Below, piece after piece: positions 60,849 through 64,000 of a stretch of DNA of 64,000 nucleotides (positions within the stretch are counted from its first letter, which is position 1; the number at the start of each line of letters is the position of its first letter). The position numbers and the translations under genes are program-made. The notes below the pieces were generated by a model that saw only the letters and a list, made by a program, of their open reading frames with translations, had not been told where the DNA came from and ran no database searches. This DNA is from an uncultured delta proteobacterium (GTDB taxonomy: Bacteria > Desulfobacterota > Binatia > UBA9968): NCBI GenBank assembly GCA_963755715.1, contig CAVWLW010000059.1, positions 96,001 to 160,000 on the forward strand, written 5' to 3'.

Positions 60849-61943
60849 ATGGGGCTGATAATCGATGCCGATACGCATGTCGCGGAGTCGGAACAAATGT
60901 GGGCGTTGTTGGAAACACAGGTTTACTCTCGACGGCCAATCATGATGCGTGTTCCCGACGACACCGTTTACGGATCGAGCAATGCCTTTTGGTTGATCGA
61001 CGGAAACATCGCTCCAAAGCCGGCCGGCAAAGGCGGAAACCGGCTGATTACTCCCTCGGCGTCCAAACAGCGAGCTCATCGAGGACGGATATACCTGTCG
61101 AATCCAGAGAACTGACGGAGCCAACGTTTGCGTCTTAAAGACATGGACCGGCTCCATGTCGATGTACAGGTAGTTTATCCGACGCTTTTTCTGGTTTATC
61201 TGACGGATGACGTGGAATTAGAAATCGCCTTGAGCAAGGCTTACAACCGGTTCATGAGCGAGGCTTGTTCAAATGACGGGCATCGCTTGAGGTGGGTGGC
61301 GGTCCTACCGCTGAGGTCCGTTGAGGATTCACTCAAGGAGATAAAGTGGGCCAAGGATCATGGTGCAGTGGGGCTGTTCTTCCGCGGCCTTGAGAAGGAC
61401 CGCAATTTGGACGATCCCTATTTTTTCCCGGTGTACCAGGCGGCCATGGATCACGACCTTTCCATTTGCATACACACGGGGGCTGGCTCACCGGTGATGT
61501 CGAGCCTGTTCAACGTTGACCGTCATTCGGTATTTTGTCATGGCAGACTTCTTCCCTTGATCGCGTTCAGGAACCTTGTGGCCAATCGCATACCAGAACT
61601 TTTTCCGACCCTAAAATTCGGCTTCATAGAAGCGTCCGCCGGCTGGATACCCTTTCTACTCCACGCTTTAAGAAGACAGTTCCGTGGGAGATGGTCGGAG
61701 TTGTCGAGCCCGGAGCTGTTTCAGAAATACCGGTTCTACGTGGCTTGCGAGGCCGACGAGGACGTTGCGTATTTGTCGCAATATATAGGGGAAGATAATC
61801 TGATCATCGGCTCCGATTACGGCCACAACGATCCTTCGGAGGAAGGTGACCTTGTGCGTACGATAAGGGCCCGTGAGGATATCCCCGCGCGTATGGCTGA
61901 AAGAATTCTTTCCGATAATCCAAAACGGTTCTATAACTTGTAG
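60849..61943 (+). CDS. Amidohydrolase family 2 protein, close to 32253..33299; frameshift near 61080
   Basis: IDADTHVAE; MDRLHVDVQVVYPT, CIH, FIEASAGW, IGSDYGHND. Confidence 0.85.
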
Positions 61944-62171
61944 AATATTTTTGGGCTGAATGACTTTTGCTGGAAAACGTGGAGTACCGAGTATCAGTTG
62001 GGAGAGGTATGGCCATTGCAGCGCTAGCCAGCGGCTCATGATCAGCCGGTTCTCGTGTACTCACGTGCAAGTGAATGAGTTTGACGCGAGAGGCGATGTA
62101 TTAGCTATTCGAGATCTAATGGCCAAAAGTAACAGGGCCATCCAGATCGCCATGCAGTTTGCGACCGGGAC

Positions 62172-63935
62172 ATGCATCTCATGGATGAAGTCCGACAGGT
62201 GACCGGTCTTAGGCCGGCTGAAAGTAACAGATATTTCCATCTATTTGCCAAACTAAATCCCACCACGCTTCGCTTCGTATTACTCATAGCGATCATCGCT
62301 TGCTTCACCGCATACCCGATTGCGCTGCTTTTTTTGAGTAGTTTCCAGGTTAGCCCGCCGGGACAACCGATCGCGTGGGGCCTGGAAGGATGGCGGATGG
62401 CGTTTAGCGATGCCGCGGTGCCAAAAGCGCTCTGGAATACTTTCGTCCTCGGTTTTACCCGCGTAGCAATTACTACTGTATTATCGGTTTTTTTCGCATG
62501 GGTGATTACCAGAACAGATACACCGGGCAAGGGCTTTATCGAGTTCATGCTCTGGCTCGGCTTTTTTCTGCCTTTGCTTCCAATGACGTTGGGATGGATT
62601 TTGTTGCTGGATCCCAATTACGGCATTCTCAATAAGCTGATCGTAAATTGGCTTGGACATTTCTCGCGGTCCCTTTCAACATATATTCCTACGGCGGCAT
62701 TATTTGGGTGCATCTTGCCTTTAGCACGTGTGTCCGCGTTATACTCTTAACACCCGCCTTCAAAGCTCTTGATGCGACTTTGGAAGAGGCGGCTCACGTG
62801 GCCGGTAGCAGCGCGCATTACAACGCTGACGCGGATTACGGTTCCGGTATTGATGCCCGCGGTCTTCGCGACAACGATGTTGAGCTTCATCAAGAGCATG
62901 GAGTCGATGGAAATTGAAATCGTGCTGGGCGTTCCCGCCCGCATTTTTGTATTCTCAACCTTAGTGTGGGACTACACGCACTTTCAGCCTCCGGCTTACC
63001 ATTCCGCGACGGCCCTCAGCAGCATTTTTCTGGTGGCCGTCTTTGGTCTCATCTGGCTGCAACGAATGATTCTCGGTACGGCCGTGAATACACAACGGTC
63101 GGCGGCCGCGGTTATTCGGTTCGCGTCGCGCGCATAGGACGCTGGCGTTGGGTCGCCTTCGGCTTTTCGGTTGCTTTCATCTTCGTCATGATAGTCTTAC
63201 CGATGGCTGTTCTGGTCGTGGGTACGTTTATGAAGGCCTTCGGCTATTTCTCTATTCCACGAACCTTGGACTCTCAATAACTGGTCAGGGGCCTTTGCTG
63301 ATCCGATCTTACTGCGCTCCTTGCGTAATACCTTGATTTTAGGAGTGGGCGCGGGTGGACTTGGGGCGCTCCTTTACGCAATTCTGGGCTATAACATTGT
63401 CCGCTCACGGGTCATGGGGCGTCAAGTGCTGGAGTTTCTCGCTTGGCTGCCGTGGGCATTGCCCGGAGTACTGATTAGCTTAGCGCTTCTGTGGGCGACA
63501 TTGGGAATCGGGAAGGCCGTTACGCCGCTCTACGGGACACTTTATTTATTGGTCTTGGCAATCATGATCAAGGAACTTCCGTTGGGCACACAGATTGCCA
63601 AAGCGAGCGTCATGCAAATCGGCAAAGAGCTCGAAGAGAGTTCGTTTGTGAGCGGAGCTTCCGGCCCCCTTACCTTCTGTAGGATCATTATTCCTTTATT
63701 GCTGCCGGCGATACTGGCGACCGCTCTGGTGGTATTTGTCTCGGCGGTGCGTGACATTCCCGTGGTGATATTGCTTTCTTCGCCATCGTCGAGACCTCTT
63801 TCTCTACTGATGTTGGATTATATGATGGCCGCTGAAACTGAAAAGGCTACAGTGATCGGAGTATTCGTTGTTTTCATAATTATCGTGGTCGCCTTAATCG
63901 TACGCTTCTTCGGACTAAAAAAGCACATCGACTAG
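62172..63935 (+). CDS. ABC permease (FbpB/ThiP-like, two BPD_transp_1 domains), multiply frameshifted
   Basis: RTDTPGK, W..LLDPNYG.LN, first EAA loop LDATLEEAA..AG, YTTVGGRG linker, second loop IGKELEESSFVSGA. Confidence 0.82.
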
Positions 63936-64000
63936 CTCGGCGTCACTCGAAGTCGCAAACCGTAAAACCGCCGGTCATAAATTACATTTAGCTTTCCCGA

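Noticed and set aside
1-64000. CRISPR array, tRNA or rRNA genes
   Set aside because: No regularly spaced 25-45 bp repeats with unique spacers, and no cloverleaf or rRNA-like sequence seen by eye.

Overview
64 kb of moderately GC-rich bacterial chromosome. Its gene content (many orphan solute-binding proteins, Amidohydro_2 hydrolases, MetE-like proteins and short palindromic repeats) resembles Candidatus Binatia or deltaproteobacteria-like soil bacteria; this is an inference. No rRNA, tRNA, CRISPR array, integrase or intact transposase was found. Many genes, including housekeeping ones, carry single-base frameshifts, which suggests an unpolished long-read assembly. The first 10 kb is mostly housekeeping. 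The rest is a catabolic and transport region with FAD monooxygenases, six amidohydrolases, a Mo-hydroxylase large subunit, three short MetE-like proteins, MetF, VOC proteins and ten solute-binding proteins. A mosaic accessory zone lies at about 33-47 kb. The most striking pattern is cargo bracketed by diverged direct repeats of gene tails. An 864-bp vapBC cassette is flanked by two copies of the last 107 bp of a solute-binding gene that differ only at synonymous sites. A 2.5-kb segment is flanked by two copies of a TAXI gene tail, and a 3.8-kb hicBA segment is flanked by two trpF-like genes. Also notable are a decayed ~1,400-codon NACHT/HEAT/nuclease defence-like gene, a 19/20-bp operator-like motif shared by two promoters 21 kb apart, an IS200/IS605-like miniature element and nested palindromic repeats.
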